From Halobacteriales archaeon QS_8_65_32 (GTDB taxonomy: Archaea > Halobacteriota > Halobacteria > Halobacteriales > Halococcaceae): a DNA stretch of 56,593 nt. A model generated the notes under the pieces. The model had not been told where the DNA came from and made no database searches. It saw only the letters and a program-made list of their open reading frames with translations. The position numbers were made by a program, and so were the translations under genes. Below, piece after piece: positions 19,291 through 28,878 of the stretch; the stretch's first letter is position 1; each line of letters begins with the position of its first letter. The stretch is taken from NCBI GenBank assembly GCA_003022925.1, contig PXRY01000100.1, forward strand, positions 28,111 through 84,703. Direction: 5' to 3'.

Positions 19291-19365
19291 TCCAGTCACG
19301 TTTCGCTTGCCGCCGCCGGTTCGCGCACCGAGTCGCTCAAAGGCGTCCTCGTTCGAGCACGTAGC

Positions 19366-19905
19366 ATGCAGGACACACCGCCGGTCGTCGTGCTCCGGTT
19401 GGGACACCGGCCCGGTCGCGACGAGCGGATGACGACCCACGTCGGGTTGACCGCACGGGCGCTGGGGGCCGATCGCGTCTGTTTCGAGTCGAAAGCCGCG
19501 GGCGCGGGCGAGACGGTCGTGGAGGTCACCGAGCGGTTCGGCGGCCCGTTCGACGTTCGGGTCCTCGATACACCCCGACGATACCTCCGCGAGTGGGAGG
19601 GGGCGGTTACCCACCTCACGATGTACGGCCTGCCGGTCGAAGACGTCGAAGGGGAAATCAGGGAAGTCCACCGCGAAGAACCCCTGTTAGTGGTGGTCGG
19701 CGCGGAGAAGGTTCCCTTCTCGGTTTACGAGCGCGCCGACTGGAACCTCGGGGTCACCAACCAGCCACATTCGGAAGTCGCGGCGCTCGCGGTCTTCCTC
19801 GACCGACTGCATCAAGGACGGGAATTCGCCCGCGAGTGGGAGGGGGCGACGCGACGCGTGGTACCCGAAGCGGAGGGAAAGACCGTCGAATCGATCGAAG
19901 AGTGA
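19366..19905 (+). CDS. trm56: tRNA (cytidine56-2'-O)-methyltransferase
   Basis: MQDTPPVVVLRLGHRPGRDERMTTHVGLTARALGADRV...LLVVVGAEKVPFSVYERADWNLGVTNQPHSEVAALAVFLDRL, the SPOUT aTrm56 pattern. ATG at 19366. Confidence 0.85.
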   Translation: MQDTPPVVVLRLGHRPGRDERMTTHVGLTARALGADRVCFESKAAGAGETVVEVTERFGGPFDVRVLDTPRRYLREWEGAVTHLTMYGLPVEDVEGEIREVHREEPLLVVVGAEKVPFSVYERADWNLGVTNQPHSEVAALAVFLDRLHQGREFAREWEGATRRVVPEAEGKTVESIEE

Positions 19906-19950
19906 GTAATAGTCGTACCGACCGGGGCCGTCGCCGTATCCCGCTCCGGG

Positions 19951-22005
19951 TCACTCCGAGCGTTCGAGCGCGTCGATCCGGTCCCGGTCCTCGTCGGTGA
20001 GCGAAAAGCCGAAGACGTCGGCGTTCTCGATCACGTGTTCGGCGTCGGTGCTCGACGGGATCGGGACGACGCCGCGTTCGACGTTCCAGCGCAGAACGAC
20101 CCCGGCGGGCGTCACTCCGTGATCGGCGGCGATCTCGGCGAGAACGGGTTCGTCGAGCAGCCCGTCGGCCGACAGCGGCGAATGCGCCATCAGTCGAATC
20201 CCACGCTCCTCGCAGAACTCGACGAGGTCCTCGCGGGGGGTGTAGGGATCGCGCCCCACCTGGATGACCTGCGGAGGGATTTCGGCGACTTCGAGCAACT
20301 CGTCGAGGTCGGCGATCGAGAAGTTACTCACGCCGAGGGTCTCGACCCAGCCGTCCGCGACCAGCGACTCCATTGTCCGCCAGGTTTCCGCGAGCGTGAC
20401 GTCGGCTGCGACGGGATCGCCGTCGGCGTCGGTCGGGAACGTAAGGGCGGTCGCTTCCTCGTGAGATAGGTCGGCGAGGTCGTCGAGCGGTCCCTGGTGC
20501 GCCCAGGCGTCGGGCCAGTGGATCATATAGCAGTCGAGCGTTTCGACGCCGAGTGCCTCGCGAGAACGGTCACAGGCCGCTCGGAGGTCGGCCGGTGCGT
20601 GATTCGTGTTCCAGACCTTGCTCAATAAGAATAACGCGTCGCGATCGGGGCTTCCCGGCCGAGCCAGAATCTCGCCGATCCGAGCTTCGTTGCCGTACAG
20701 TTCGGCGCAGTCGAGCAGGCGGTAACCACAGTCGAGCGCGACTTCGATGGACTCACGCAGGTCGACGTAGGTGTCGCCGCCGCGATACCGCGAGCACCCG
20801 AAACCGATCGGCGGCATCGAAACCGTCCCGTCGTCCTTGCTCCCCGCGTTCGCCCCCGTTTCGGCTCTCGTCGTCGCGGTGGCGGGCGGCGGTAAGGCGG
20901 TCGCGGTCCCCCCGGCGTCGAGCGGCGTCGGACGCTCGACGTCCCTCGATTCGACCGCCACCGGCGCGTCCGACTCGGCACACGCCTCGATCGCCTCGAT
21001 CACCGAGACGAGGTGGGCCGCCCGCGTGCCGTTAGCGTGGTGTGGCCGCCCCACCTCGACGGCCGCCGCCATCTCGGCGATGCCGGAGGCGTACTCCAAC
21101 TTTCTCGGTGGAGCCCCCGGCGGGACGCGTCGGTATTCGCGGCCGAGACGGGCGAACTCGACCTCGCCGCCGGCACCGAACGCCGCGGCGTCGGCGAGGT
21201 GTATCGAACCACTGTCGCCGTGGATCTCCAGATCGTAGAAACTCCGGGTTCGGTGGGGGACGTACATGCTCGCGGTTAGTCGAACCGAAACGCCGTCGGC
21301 GAAGCGCAGCACACAGACGACGTGATCGGGCGTCTCCACCTCGAACGACCGGCCCTCGTGGGTGTGTTCATCGAGCAGGAGGTCGGCGTGGGCCGCTTCG
21401 ACCCGCTCTACCGGACCAAAGTAGCCGACGAGCACGGTGAGCGGGTAGACCGCTCCGTCGTGCAATGGGCCTGCCCGGAGGAACGGTTCGGGATTCGCGT
21501 TCCATTCGGTGAGCCGCCCGATGTTACAGTCGGCGTAGGCCGTCCGGACGGTCCCCAGTCGGCCCTCCTGGAAGTAGCGCCACGCGCGCTGTTGGGCATC
21601 GCCCATGAGGCTGATCGGCGCACAGCCCAGCCGGACGCCCCGCTCATCGGCGCGGTCGACGAGGTCCCACGCTTCCGCCGCGCTCGTCGCGAGCGGTTTC
21701 TCGCTGTAGACGTGTCTTTCCGCGTCGAGACACTGCCGCGTGACCCCCGCGTGGGCCTCGTGGGTCGTGAGATTGCAGACGAGCGACGCGTCGCTCCGGG
21801 CGAGCAGGCTATCGAGGTCGGCGTAGGCTGTCGCGTCCCGAGCGTCCGCGAGCCGGTCGGCGCGGGCGCGATCGAGGTCGGTGACCCCTACCAAGTCGAG
21901 CCCGTCCGCGCGGGAGATTCCCGGCGCGTAGCGATCGGCGATGGTTCCACAACCGACGATTCCGACCTTCACGTCCGAGGGGACACCGAGCGCGGACAAA
22001 AACAT
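19951..22005 (-). CDS. Gfo/Idh/MocA oxidoreductase fused to aldo/keto reductase
   Basis: N-terminal VKVGIVGCGTIADRYAP..EKPLA (Gfo/Idh/MocA), an Ala/Thr/Pro linker, and a C-terminal AKR (GFGCSRY..LDCAELYGNE..LLSKVWN..IHWP..LGVSNF..). Confidence 0.85.
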   Translation of the reverse strand: MFLSALGVPSDVKVGIVGCGTIADRYAPGISRADGLDLVGVTDLDRARADRLADARDATAYADLDSLLARSDASLVCNLTTHEAHAGVTRQCLDAERHVYSEKPLATSAAEAWDLVDRADERGVRLGCAPISLMGDAQQRAWRYFQEGRLGTVRTAYADCNIGRLTEWNANPEPFLRAGPLHDGAVYPLTVLVGYFGPVERVEAAHADLLLDEHTHEGRSFEVETPDHVVCVLRFADGVSVRLTASMYVPHRTRSFYDLEIHGDSGSIHLADAAAFGAGGEVEFARLGREYRRVPPGAPPRKLEYASGIAEMAAAVEVGRPHHANGTRAAHLVSVIEAIEACAESDAPVAVESRDVERPTPLDAGGTATALPPPATATTRAETGANAGSKDDGTVSMPPIGFGCSRYRGGDTYVDLRESIEVALDCGYRLLDCAELYGNEARIGEILARPGSPDRDALFLLSKVWNTNHAPADLRAACDRSREALGVETLDCYMIHWPDAWAHQGPLDDLADLSHEEATALTFPTDADGDPVAADVTLAETWRTMESLVADGWVETLGVSNFSIADLDELLEVAEIPPQVIQVGRDPYTPREDLVEFCEERGIRLMAHSPLSADGLLDEPVLAEIAADHGVTPAGVVLRWNVERGVVPIPSSTDAEHVIENADVFGFSLTDEDRDRIDALERSE

Positions 22006-22049
22006 CGGGGACCCGGAAACGGCAGTATTGATCTAGCGACAATGAGGAA

Positions 22050-22387
22050 AGAGCGGTACAGAGCGGTCGAAAGCCTCCGACACGCTCGACTTACGGAAGA
22101 CGGTCCTGCTCGCTCCCTGCGGTCGCTGTGCGGGCTGCGACTTCCGAACTCTCACTCGCTCACGCTGTTCGCTTGCGAGAATCGGGGGGCTCGCTGTCGT
22201 TCAAAAGACGCTTCGCATCTTTCATGAGTATTTACTCATGAAAACGGAGTTCTCGTGATGTTGTCAGAACACGAAGCGTTCTGACTGCGAGCGGGATCGA
22301 AGGTCCCGCACCGAACGAAAGACGTCGAAGGCGTCTTTCGAACCACGGCTACGCCGCCACGCAGTCGGCCCCTTTCAGTCCCGCCCC
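22050..22387 (-). repeat. Mosaic hairpin element, copy 3 (degenerate right terminus)
   Basis: Hairpins are AAAGACGCTTCGCATCTTT, CATGAGTATTTACTCATG, GTCAGAACACGAAGCGTTCTGAC, GCGGGATCGAAGGTCCCGC and GAAAGACGTCGAAGGCGTCTTTC. It ends with GGCCCCTTTCAGTCCCGCCCC, a left-terminus variant. Confidence 0.75.
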
Positions 22388-22714
22388 GTAGCGGTTGTTC
22401 GGCGGGCAATCGCGTAAGTCGACACCGCCGGCGGCGTTGACGTCTTCCGGCGAGTGAACTCGTGGGCTTCCGCTTGATTCGTGTCGCGACGGACGGCGAG
22501 CAGTGACCGCGGGCAATAACGGCAGAGCCGAACCGATCGGACACCAGCGGGCGTCCCGACGGCGTCCGTAACCCACCGCGCAGGTCGCATGGACGGAGCG
22601 GCGAAAGTGAAAGGTTCGACGGACGGAACCGGTCGGCAACCCGGGCGGAAACCGGGCGATGGATCACCCGTTACGAGCGTTTTATTCCGCCCCAGCCCCT
22701 CTTACCGGACGTCC

Positions 22715-22948
22715 ATGATAGAACAGCTCAAGGGAGCGGATCGCCAGACCCGAGTCCAGTACGGGCTGATGGTGATCTTCGGGATACTTACTCTCATCGC
22801 CGGGCTCGCCCCGCTCGAACCCCTCGTCCGCGTCGCAGCGGTCGGCACGACGTTTGGCTTCACTGCCGGGCTCTGGGTCTCCCATCTCATCGGGGTGCTC
22901 CAGCGTGCCGCCGAGAACAACCTCGACGTCGCCGCCGCCTCCGACTGA
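22715..22948 (+). CDS. Small membrane protein, hypothetical
   Basis: ATG at 22715, about 30 nt downstream of a TTTTATT box. Two hydrophobic helices. The stop overlaps the next start (TGATG). Confidence 0.55.
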   Translation: MIEQLKGADRQTRVQYGLMVIFGILTLIAGLAPLEPLVRVAAVGTTFGFTAGLWVSHLIGVLQRAAENNLDVAAASD

Positions 22949-23877
22949 TGAGTACGAACGACTCAACGCCCGAGGAGGGATCGTCGAACGGGGTATTCGA
23001 GGTCGTCGCCCCGCTTACCGGCGAGAACCCGAACCTGGCGTCGTTCTTCCTCGTCGTCGGGGCCGTTACCTGCGTGTTCATCGCGGTCTTCCAGCTCACG
23101 CTCCCGGAGGGAGTTCGCTTGCTCCTCACCGGCGGCGTGCTTCTGGTCACCGTGCTGAGCGCCATCGTGGCCTCGCTGTTGGAGACGCTCGGGTACTTCG
23201 ACGAAGAGACGTCGAAGGCGTCCGCGGACGAGGCCGAGACAGGGACCGGGACCGAGGGAGACACCGCGCCGTGGACGCCGACGTCCGGTACCAGGTACCC
23301 GCTGCCGCCGATGATCAACTTCGACGACGAACTCCGGACCTACCGCGAGATGTTCGACGGGGAACTCCCCGCGGAGTTCGACGAGTTCGTCGCCGAGTAC
23401 AAGCGACTGAAGACGACCAGGGACAATCGTACCAACGTCGCGAGCGATCTCCGAGCCGACTTGAACCCCGTGAGTGTGCTCTTCGAGGAGAGGTCGCGGG
23501 GGATGGAAATCCACGACGACATCAGCGAGCGACTGCTCCGATACGTCAACAATGACGCCATCGATTACGTCTCGCTGACCGACGTGGGCCTGTACGACGA
23601 CAACGGCGACGAAATCGACATGGCGTCGGCGGAGAGTGAACTCGCACACCTCAGAGCCGACATCGAAAACGAGGGCGAGACGGTAGCCGTCGAGCTGTTC
23701 GTCGAGTTCGTCGACGACGATGGCGACGGTATCCGGCGCGATACCTACCCGGTCGGGGAGATCAATCCGGCCGCGACCGAGACCTTCGATTCCGAGGTCT
23801 ACGTTCCCGCGGCCGCAGAACGTGCGACCACTAGCCTCAGCGTCACGAACCGCGCGGCTCAGGCTGCTAGCAGGTGA
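22948..23877 (+). CDS. Membrane-anchored hypothetical protein
   Basis: 309 aa with two N-terminal TM helices, an acidic linker and a soluble acidic C-terminal domain. Translationally coupled to the upstream ORF. Confidence 0.65.
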   Translation: MSTNDSTPEEGSSNGVFEVVAPLTGENPNLASFFLVVGAVTCVFIAVFQLTLPEGVRLLLTGGVLLVTVLSAIVASLLETLGYFDEETSKASADEAETGTGTEGDTAPWTPTSGTRYPLPPMINFDDELRTYREMFDGELPAEFDEFVAEYKRLKTTRDNRTNVASDLRADLNPVSVLFEERSRGMEIHDDISERLLRYVNNDAIDYVSLTDVGLYDDNGDEIDMASAESELAHLRADIENEGETVAVELFVEFVDDDGDGIRRDTYPVGEINPAATETFDSEVYVPAAAERATTSLSVTNRAAQAASR

Positions 23878-24205
23878 GCGCCCTGCCCCGCGGCGTCGCT
23901 ATTGCGGTAGTCCATTGGTCTGTTCGTCCGAGCGTGCCGGTAACGGATACGAGTTGCCTGCGCCGAAAACCGGCGTCCGGTCGTGCTGCTTTTCGGGGAG
24001 AGAACTTCCGATACGAGCACCGAGGCCGGAGCTAGATAACTATTGGGACGAGCGGTCGAATAGGTCGAACGAGACAGTCACAGTGGATAAGAAGGGAGAG
24101 CGGTGCTGATGAGGTTTTATGACAGCACCGTGGCAGCGAATCGACGGCGCGAGTGTGAAAACGACGACATCCGGTGGCGTCCCTGTCGATCGACTCGGGC
24201 CGCAA

Positions 24206-24940
24206 CTACACTCGTATCCACGGCCGATCGACGACCGCCAGGTCGCCGTCCGGCGTGACGTACACCGAGAGGGCATTGCTGTCCCATGCGGACCGCTCGC
24301 TCACCGCCCAGCGGCGGGTTACAGTTGACCCGTCGTCCAGTCGAACTGTGATTCGATAGGTGCCGGTCCGAAGCGGGACGTCCCCCCGTTCTACACCCTG
24401 CTGTGCATCGATACTGTCGGTCGAACGCAGCACTCGCTCGGGTGGAGTCGACCCGAGATAGGTAAGGGTCGTCGTGAGCGCGTGGTCGTTACCGTCGAAG
24501 TTCGAATAGTAGAGCGTGGTCTCGGCCGTTCCCCGCTTTTCGGTCGTCTCCGATGATCGTTCCGGTGCGTCTCGTGGCGTCATACGGATCGTCGTCGTAT
24601 CGTTGACGAAGTACAGTCGACCGTGACCGGGACCGCCGTTGCCGACGCCACCGCTCGCGCCGTAGACCGTCGTTCCACAACCGGCCGCGATATAAAAGCC
24701 GGCGGCGGTCTCGTTGATAAGGGTCGAGTTACAACCCAGTTCGACGCGATTCCCGATCTCCTTTCGATCCCTGTACTCGGCCGCTCGTTCGTACCCCGTC
24801 GTGTACGCGAGAGCGTTGTCTCGACTGAGGGGTGCCGGTCGATCGGGATACGCCGGCGCGTCGCTCGAACCGACGGGCGGCACGCCACCGAGACAGCCGG
24901 CGAGGAAAACGACGAGAACGCAGAGAACCTCGCGTTTCAT
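24206..24940 (-). CDS. Putative lipoprotein, hypothetical
   Basis: ATG at 24940: MKREVLCVLVVFLAGCLGG, a signal peptide plus lipobox. Confidence 0.65.
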   Translation of the reverse strand: MKREVLCVLVVFLAGCLGGVPPVGSSDAPAYPDRPAPLSRDNALAYTTGYERAAEYRDRKEIGNRVELGCNSTLINETAAGFYIAAGCGTTVYGASGGVGNGGPGHGRLYFVNDTTTIRMTPRDAPERSSETTEKRGTAETTLYYSNFDGNDHALTTTLTYLGSTPPERVLRSTDSIDAQQGVERGDVPLRTGTYRITVRLDDGSTVTRRWAVSERSAWDSNALSVYVTPDGDLAVVDRPWIRV

Positions 24941-25182
24941 GTCGGACAGCCTGTTCGTTGTGATAAATGCCTTGTGCAGATCAGAGGGGCGGTGTGTGGT
25001 CGAGGAATAAATGCCGATGGAAACCGTCTCGGGCGGGACTGAAACGGACCGACCGCGTGGCGGCTCTGCCGTGGCTCGAAAGAGCCCTGAAAGTATCACT
25101 GCCGACGACCATCACCCCAATGGGAAGGGAGGGGGGCTTCCGCACGCGAACGTGGGAATTGAAATATCGATATCGTGAGCAG

Positions 25183-26388
25183 TCACTCGCGGCCGACCAC
25201 GTTCGATTCGATGTCCCGCGGGAAGTAGGTGAGCGTCTCGGTACCCTCCTCGGTCACGGCCACGGTATCGGAGTGACGGTAGCCCTCGTCGTCGGTGTAC
25301 AGTCCCGGTTCGATCGTGTAGACCTGGCCCGGGGCGATCTCGGCGTCGCCGTCTTCCCGGTCATTCGCGTCGTCGTGCACGTGTGCCTCCCAGCCCCGAT
25401 CGAGATAGGGCGGTTCGTGCGCGCCGAGGCCGATGTTGTGCCCGACGTGGTGGCGAAGCAGGTCGGTGATTCCCTGTTCTTCGGCGTAGGCGAAAACGGC
25501 CTCATCGATCTCGTGGACGGGAACGCCGGGCGCGATCGCGTCGATCGCGATCTCCTGGACCTCTTTCATTAGCGCGAAGTAATGGGCCTGTTCGTCGGAG
25601 TACTCGCGGACGAACATCGTCCGTTCGAGTTCGGAATAGTAGCCGTCGACGTTCGCCGTCGCGCCGGTAATCAGGACGTCGCCCGGAGCGAGGCGCTCGT
25701 TCGGGGTGTGACCGTGGGGCAGGGCGGTTTCCGTTCCCGAGATGTAGCCCGCGTGGACCGGACCGCCGCCCCGCGTCCTGACGGCGTACTGTTCACTTAG
25801 AGTGTCGAGCATCGCCTGGGAGGCGTCGGTCGAAGCGCGCCCGCTCACCGTCACCGGGTGGGCACCGACCTCGGTGTATTCGGCGAGATAGCGATGGCCG
25901 AGGTTCGCCCACCGGGCGGACTCACGGATCAGGTCGATCTCGGTATCTGATTTCTCCCAGCGCATCCGCGAGACCCACTGCTGGGAGGAAACGTCGAGGA
26001 ACTCCGAGAGGGTCGGGCCTTCGTAGCCCATTACGCCCGGCGCGCCATCCCCATCGGCGGCGACGGTCTCGATACCGAGGTCGGCGAGCGTCTCGGCAAG
26101 TTCTCGAATCGGGGTCCCGCCGGGGTAATCGAAGTACGAGTACACCGCATCGATGCGCGAGTTCTGTGAGACGCGTTCGACTTCGAGACGGGGAACCGTG
26201 ATCGAAACCTGGTCGGGCGTGACGACGAGACAGACCGGCCGTTCGGTCTGGATATGGTGAAAGCCGGTGAGGTACTCGATAGCTGTTGCGCCAAAGAAGA
26301 CCCCAGCATCGGCGTCAGTGTCGGCGAGGCGGTCGCGGACGCGAGCGAGGCGGTCCGTGAATTCGGCGTCGGGAACCCGCGTCGTCAT
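25183..26388 (-). CDS. M24 family metallopeptidase (Xaa-Pro aminopeptidase-like)
   Basis: Creatinase-like N-domain plus the pita-bread core (..GDVLITGATANVDGYYSELERT..HHVGHNIGLGAHEPPYL..TIEPGLY). ATG at 26388. Confidence 0.85.
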   Translation of the reverse strand: MTTRVPDAEFTDRLARVRDRLADTDADAGVFFGATAIEYLTGFHHIQTERPVCLVVTPDQVSITVPRLEVERVSQNSRIDAVYSYFDYPGGTPIRELAETLADLGIETVAADGDGAPGVMGYEGPTLSEFLDVSSQQWVSRMRWEKSDTEIDLIRESARWANLGHRYLAEYTEVGAHPVTVSGRASTDASQAMLDTLSEQYAVRTRGGGPVHAGYISGTETALPHGHTPNERLAPGDVLITGATANVDGYYSELERTMFVREYSDEQAHYFALMKEVQEIAIDAIAPGVPVHEIDEAVFAYAEEQGITDLLRHHVGHNIGLGAHEPPYLDRGWEAHVHDDANDREDGDAEIAPGQVYTIEPGLYTDDEGYRHSDTVAVTEEGTETLTYFPRDIESNVVGRE

Positions 26389-26505
26389 ACGTGCTTCGTG
26401 CGATCGGGAGGGACGAAAACCCTCGGATGCTCCTATCGACGCGGGGTGAGCGAAAGCCCGTTGTCCGACGCGCCCGAAAGAGGTCGAACGAACGGGAGAC
26501 CGATC

Positions 26506-26865
26506 GTGACCGGAAACGACGCCGACCGACACACGAGTCCGAGCACCGACCGGAGCGAACACGAAAGCGATCAAAACTGGGATGGGGAGGGAAGCGGCGG
26601 GAGTTCCGACGCCGACGCCGATCACGACGGCGACCGCGAGACCGACCTCGAAGCGCGGGTCGCGGCGCTCGAAGGAACGGTCGCGGACCTCGAAGCGGAA
26701 CTCGATCGGCGGGAGCGGGCGTTTCGCCTGTTGGCCGGGAACGCCGATATCGCGCCGGTAACTGCGCGGTGTCCCGAGTGTGAAACGGGCGAACTACGCC
26801 GACAATCGGGGCTGAGCTGGGCGAAACTGTACTGTACGGAGTGCGGGGCTAAGTGGGAGCTGTGA
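26506..26865 (+). CDS. Coiled-coil / zinc-ribbon protein, hypothetical
   Basis: Acidic N-terminus, the coiled coil LEARVAALEGTVADLEAELDRRE, and CPECETG...CTECGAKW (CxxC..CxxC). The start is uncertain (GTG 26506 or TTG 26461). Confidence 0.55.
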   Translation: MTGNDADRHTSPSTDRSEHESDQNWDGEGSGGSSDADADHDGDRETDLEARVAALEGTVADLEAELDRRERAFRLLAGNADIAPVTARCPECETGELRRQSGLSWAKLYCTECGAKWEL

Positions 26866-27051
26866 GCGTTCCCGAACGGAACCGGAGGGAGCCAGCGAGC
26901 GGCGGCAAAGAAGCATCGCTCGTTCGTCGGCGGTGGACCTAATACCGCCGACGAACGCGCCACATCGAGTGTGTAACGATTCATACCGGTCCGCCCTCTG
27001 ATCGCACTACCGCGGAACCCTCAATAGAGGACGCTTCCGTAAGGAAACACT

Positions 27052-27880
27052 GTGAATCACGACCAATGGACGGCAGAACAGGACCGAACCATCGTTAGCG
27101 TCGATGGCCACCGATTGAACCTCGCGTACCGGGATAGCGGAGCCGGCGACCCAGTCGTTTTCCTTCATGGAATCCCGACCTGGTCGTTCCGCTGGCGACG
27201 GATCGCTCCCTGACTGGAAGACCGGTTTCGAACGATCGTCCCCGATCTGGTCGGGTACGGCAACAGCGACCGACGGGACTCGTTCGATCGGTCGATCCGC
27301 GCACAAGAACAGGTCCTCGCCGGACTCGTCGACGACCTCGGGCTCGAACGGTTCCACGTCGCCTACGACATCGGCGGCGTTGCGCTCCGATACGGTGCAC
27401 ACACCGATGGCCGGATCGACCGGCTGGTGCTTTCGAACGCGACGTGTTATGGCTCGTGGCCGGTCGAGTACGTCACAACGCTCGGGCTCCCGCGGACGCT
27501 CGACATGGACCCGGGAGCGTTCGAAGACGCTCTGGACGAGGCGTTCGTCGGCGGACTCGCGAGCGACGATCCGGACCCGACGTGGGAATCGGGGATCGAG
27601 GCCCCGTGGCTGCGCGACGACGGCCAACGGGCCTATGCGCGCGCGGCGGTCGCGACGAACACGAATCACACGACCGAGATCGAGCACGACGAGATCGACG
27701 CCTCGCTGCTATGTCTCCGGGGAGCGGACGACGCCGGACAACCGGTCGAGGACGGCGAGCGACTCGTCGAGGACATCGGCGGAGAACTCGTCGCGCTCGA
27801 CGACGCCCGTCACTGGGTTGATGGAGGACCGACCCGACGCCTACCTCGAACGGATCGAGCGCTTTCTCGCGGCCGAGTGA
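27052..27880 (+). pseudogene. Alpha/beta hydrolase (haloalkane dehalogenase/epoxide hydrolase-like), disrupted
   Basis: GTG 27052: ..VSVDGHRLNLAYRDSGAGDPVVFLHGIPTWSFRWRRIAP, then an in-frame TGA (27211-27213), then LEDRFRTIVPDLVGYGNSD..AYDIGG... The C-terminus HWV|MEDRPDAYLERIERFLAAE needs a 1-nt frame change near 27818. Confidence 0.75.
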
Positions 27881-27927
27881 CTACTCTGATCGACGGATAC
27901 GGCCGGATCGACACGATCGAAAGAGGA

Positions 27928-28001
27928 TCCGCACTCCCCGATTTGAACGGGGGACAAGCCGATCTACAGTCGGCTGCTCTGCCAGGCTGAGCTAAGCGCG
28001 G
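27928..28001 (-). tRNA. tRNA-Tyr (GUA)
   Basis: The minus strand reads CCGCGCTTAGCTCAGCCTGGCAGAGCAGCCGACTGTAGATCGGCTTGTCCCCCGTTCAAATCGGGGAGTGCGGA. It folds as a cloverleaf with the archaeal C1-G72 pair and anticodon loop CTGTAGA. Confidence 0.9.
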
Positions 28002-28280
28002 GCACCCACAGGTAGACCGGTCGTCGGACTTAACCGTTTCCTTCGCTATGAGGGAAGCCGAACGCCCACCTCGAAGTCCGCGCGGGGAAAGACTCGTTCG
28101 GCGACGGGATGCGTCGGACGACGAGCGTCCGACCCGAACGATCGCCCGTCGTCCTCGGGGCCGTCCGGCAGCGAGCGGCGGGGAAAAACCGGAGCGGGGA
28201 CACGCGGGTGGAGGGCCGTCAGACGCCCGTCAGCCAGCGCGGAAGATACAAGCCCGTGGGAGACGACCCATGGGACAGCG

Positions 28281-28829
28281 GTGAGCAAGATCACCTTCCG
28301 GGCCGACGACGACCTCATCCGCCAACTCGACGAGTTCGACGACTCGAAGAGCGAGGTCCTGCGCGACGCGCTCCGGGAGTACCTCGAAGCCGATGTCACC
28401 GAACGGCCGCAAACCGGCCGTAAACGTGCCGCAGAAGACGAGACGAGCCTCGATGACCTGGTTGCCGACCGGATCGACGCGCTCGTGAGCGAGCGCCTGT
28501 CGGCGGCGTTTACGCCCACACAGGCTCCCGACATCAATGTAAACATCACGCTCGAAGGCGGAGACACCGACTCGGTGGACGTGTCCGACGAGGAGGCCCC
28601 CGAGCGTAAGACGGCCCCCGAAGAGCCGGGACGCGCGTCGGACGCGGCTCGTAAGACGTGTGGGCAGTGTGGCGAAAACGTGGCCGCAGAGCACGTCTAC
28701 TGCCCGAACTGCGGCGAGAACACGAGTAAAACGTTCTGTGAATGCGGCGAAGAATTAGGGTCGGACTGGGCGTTTTGTCCCGCATGTGGGAGCCGAACGC
28801 CGGCCGCCGACGTACTCGATAACTCGTAA
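28281..28829 (+). CDS. cdrL: Ribbon-helix-helix protein with C-terminal zinc ribbons (CdrL-like)
   Basis: MSKITFRADDDLIRQLDEFDDSKSEVLRDALREYLE (RHH) and CGQCG..CPNCG..CECG..CPACG. It sits upstream of cdrS-ftsZ2, as in described haloarchaeal loci. Confidence 0.75.
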   Translation: MSKITFRADDDLIRQLDEFDDSKSEVLRDALREYLEADVTERPQTGRKRAAEDETSLDDLVADRIDALVSERLSAAFTPTQAPDINVNITLEGGDTDSVDVSDEEAPERKTAPEEPGRASDAARKTCGQCGENVAAEHVYCPNCGENTSKTFCECGEELGSDWAFCPACGSRTPAADVLDNS

Positions 28830-28878
28830 AGGGCCGACATCGGGCGTTTACAGGGTGCAAACCGGTCATTTGCATCCC

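Noticed and set aside
18555-19365. RNase P RNA or SRP (7S) RNA identity for the long gene-free gap
   Set aside because: I looked on both strands for the P4 strands (GAGGAAAGUCC ... ACAGAA.CCGGCUUA) and for the SRP helix 8 core (CCAGGCCCGGAAGGGAGCA). Only weak partial resemblances were found (GGGAGAACUCCGAC, GCAGGCCCGGGCC). The identity is left open pending a covariance-model search.
27211-27213. In-frame TGA of the alpha/beta hydrolase as selenocysteine or programmed read-through
   Set aside because: The position is not a catalytic Cys site in this family, no SECIS-like structure was evident, Halobacteria are not known to use selenocysteine, and the gene carries a second independent frameshift.
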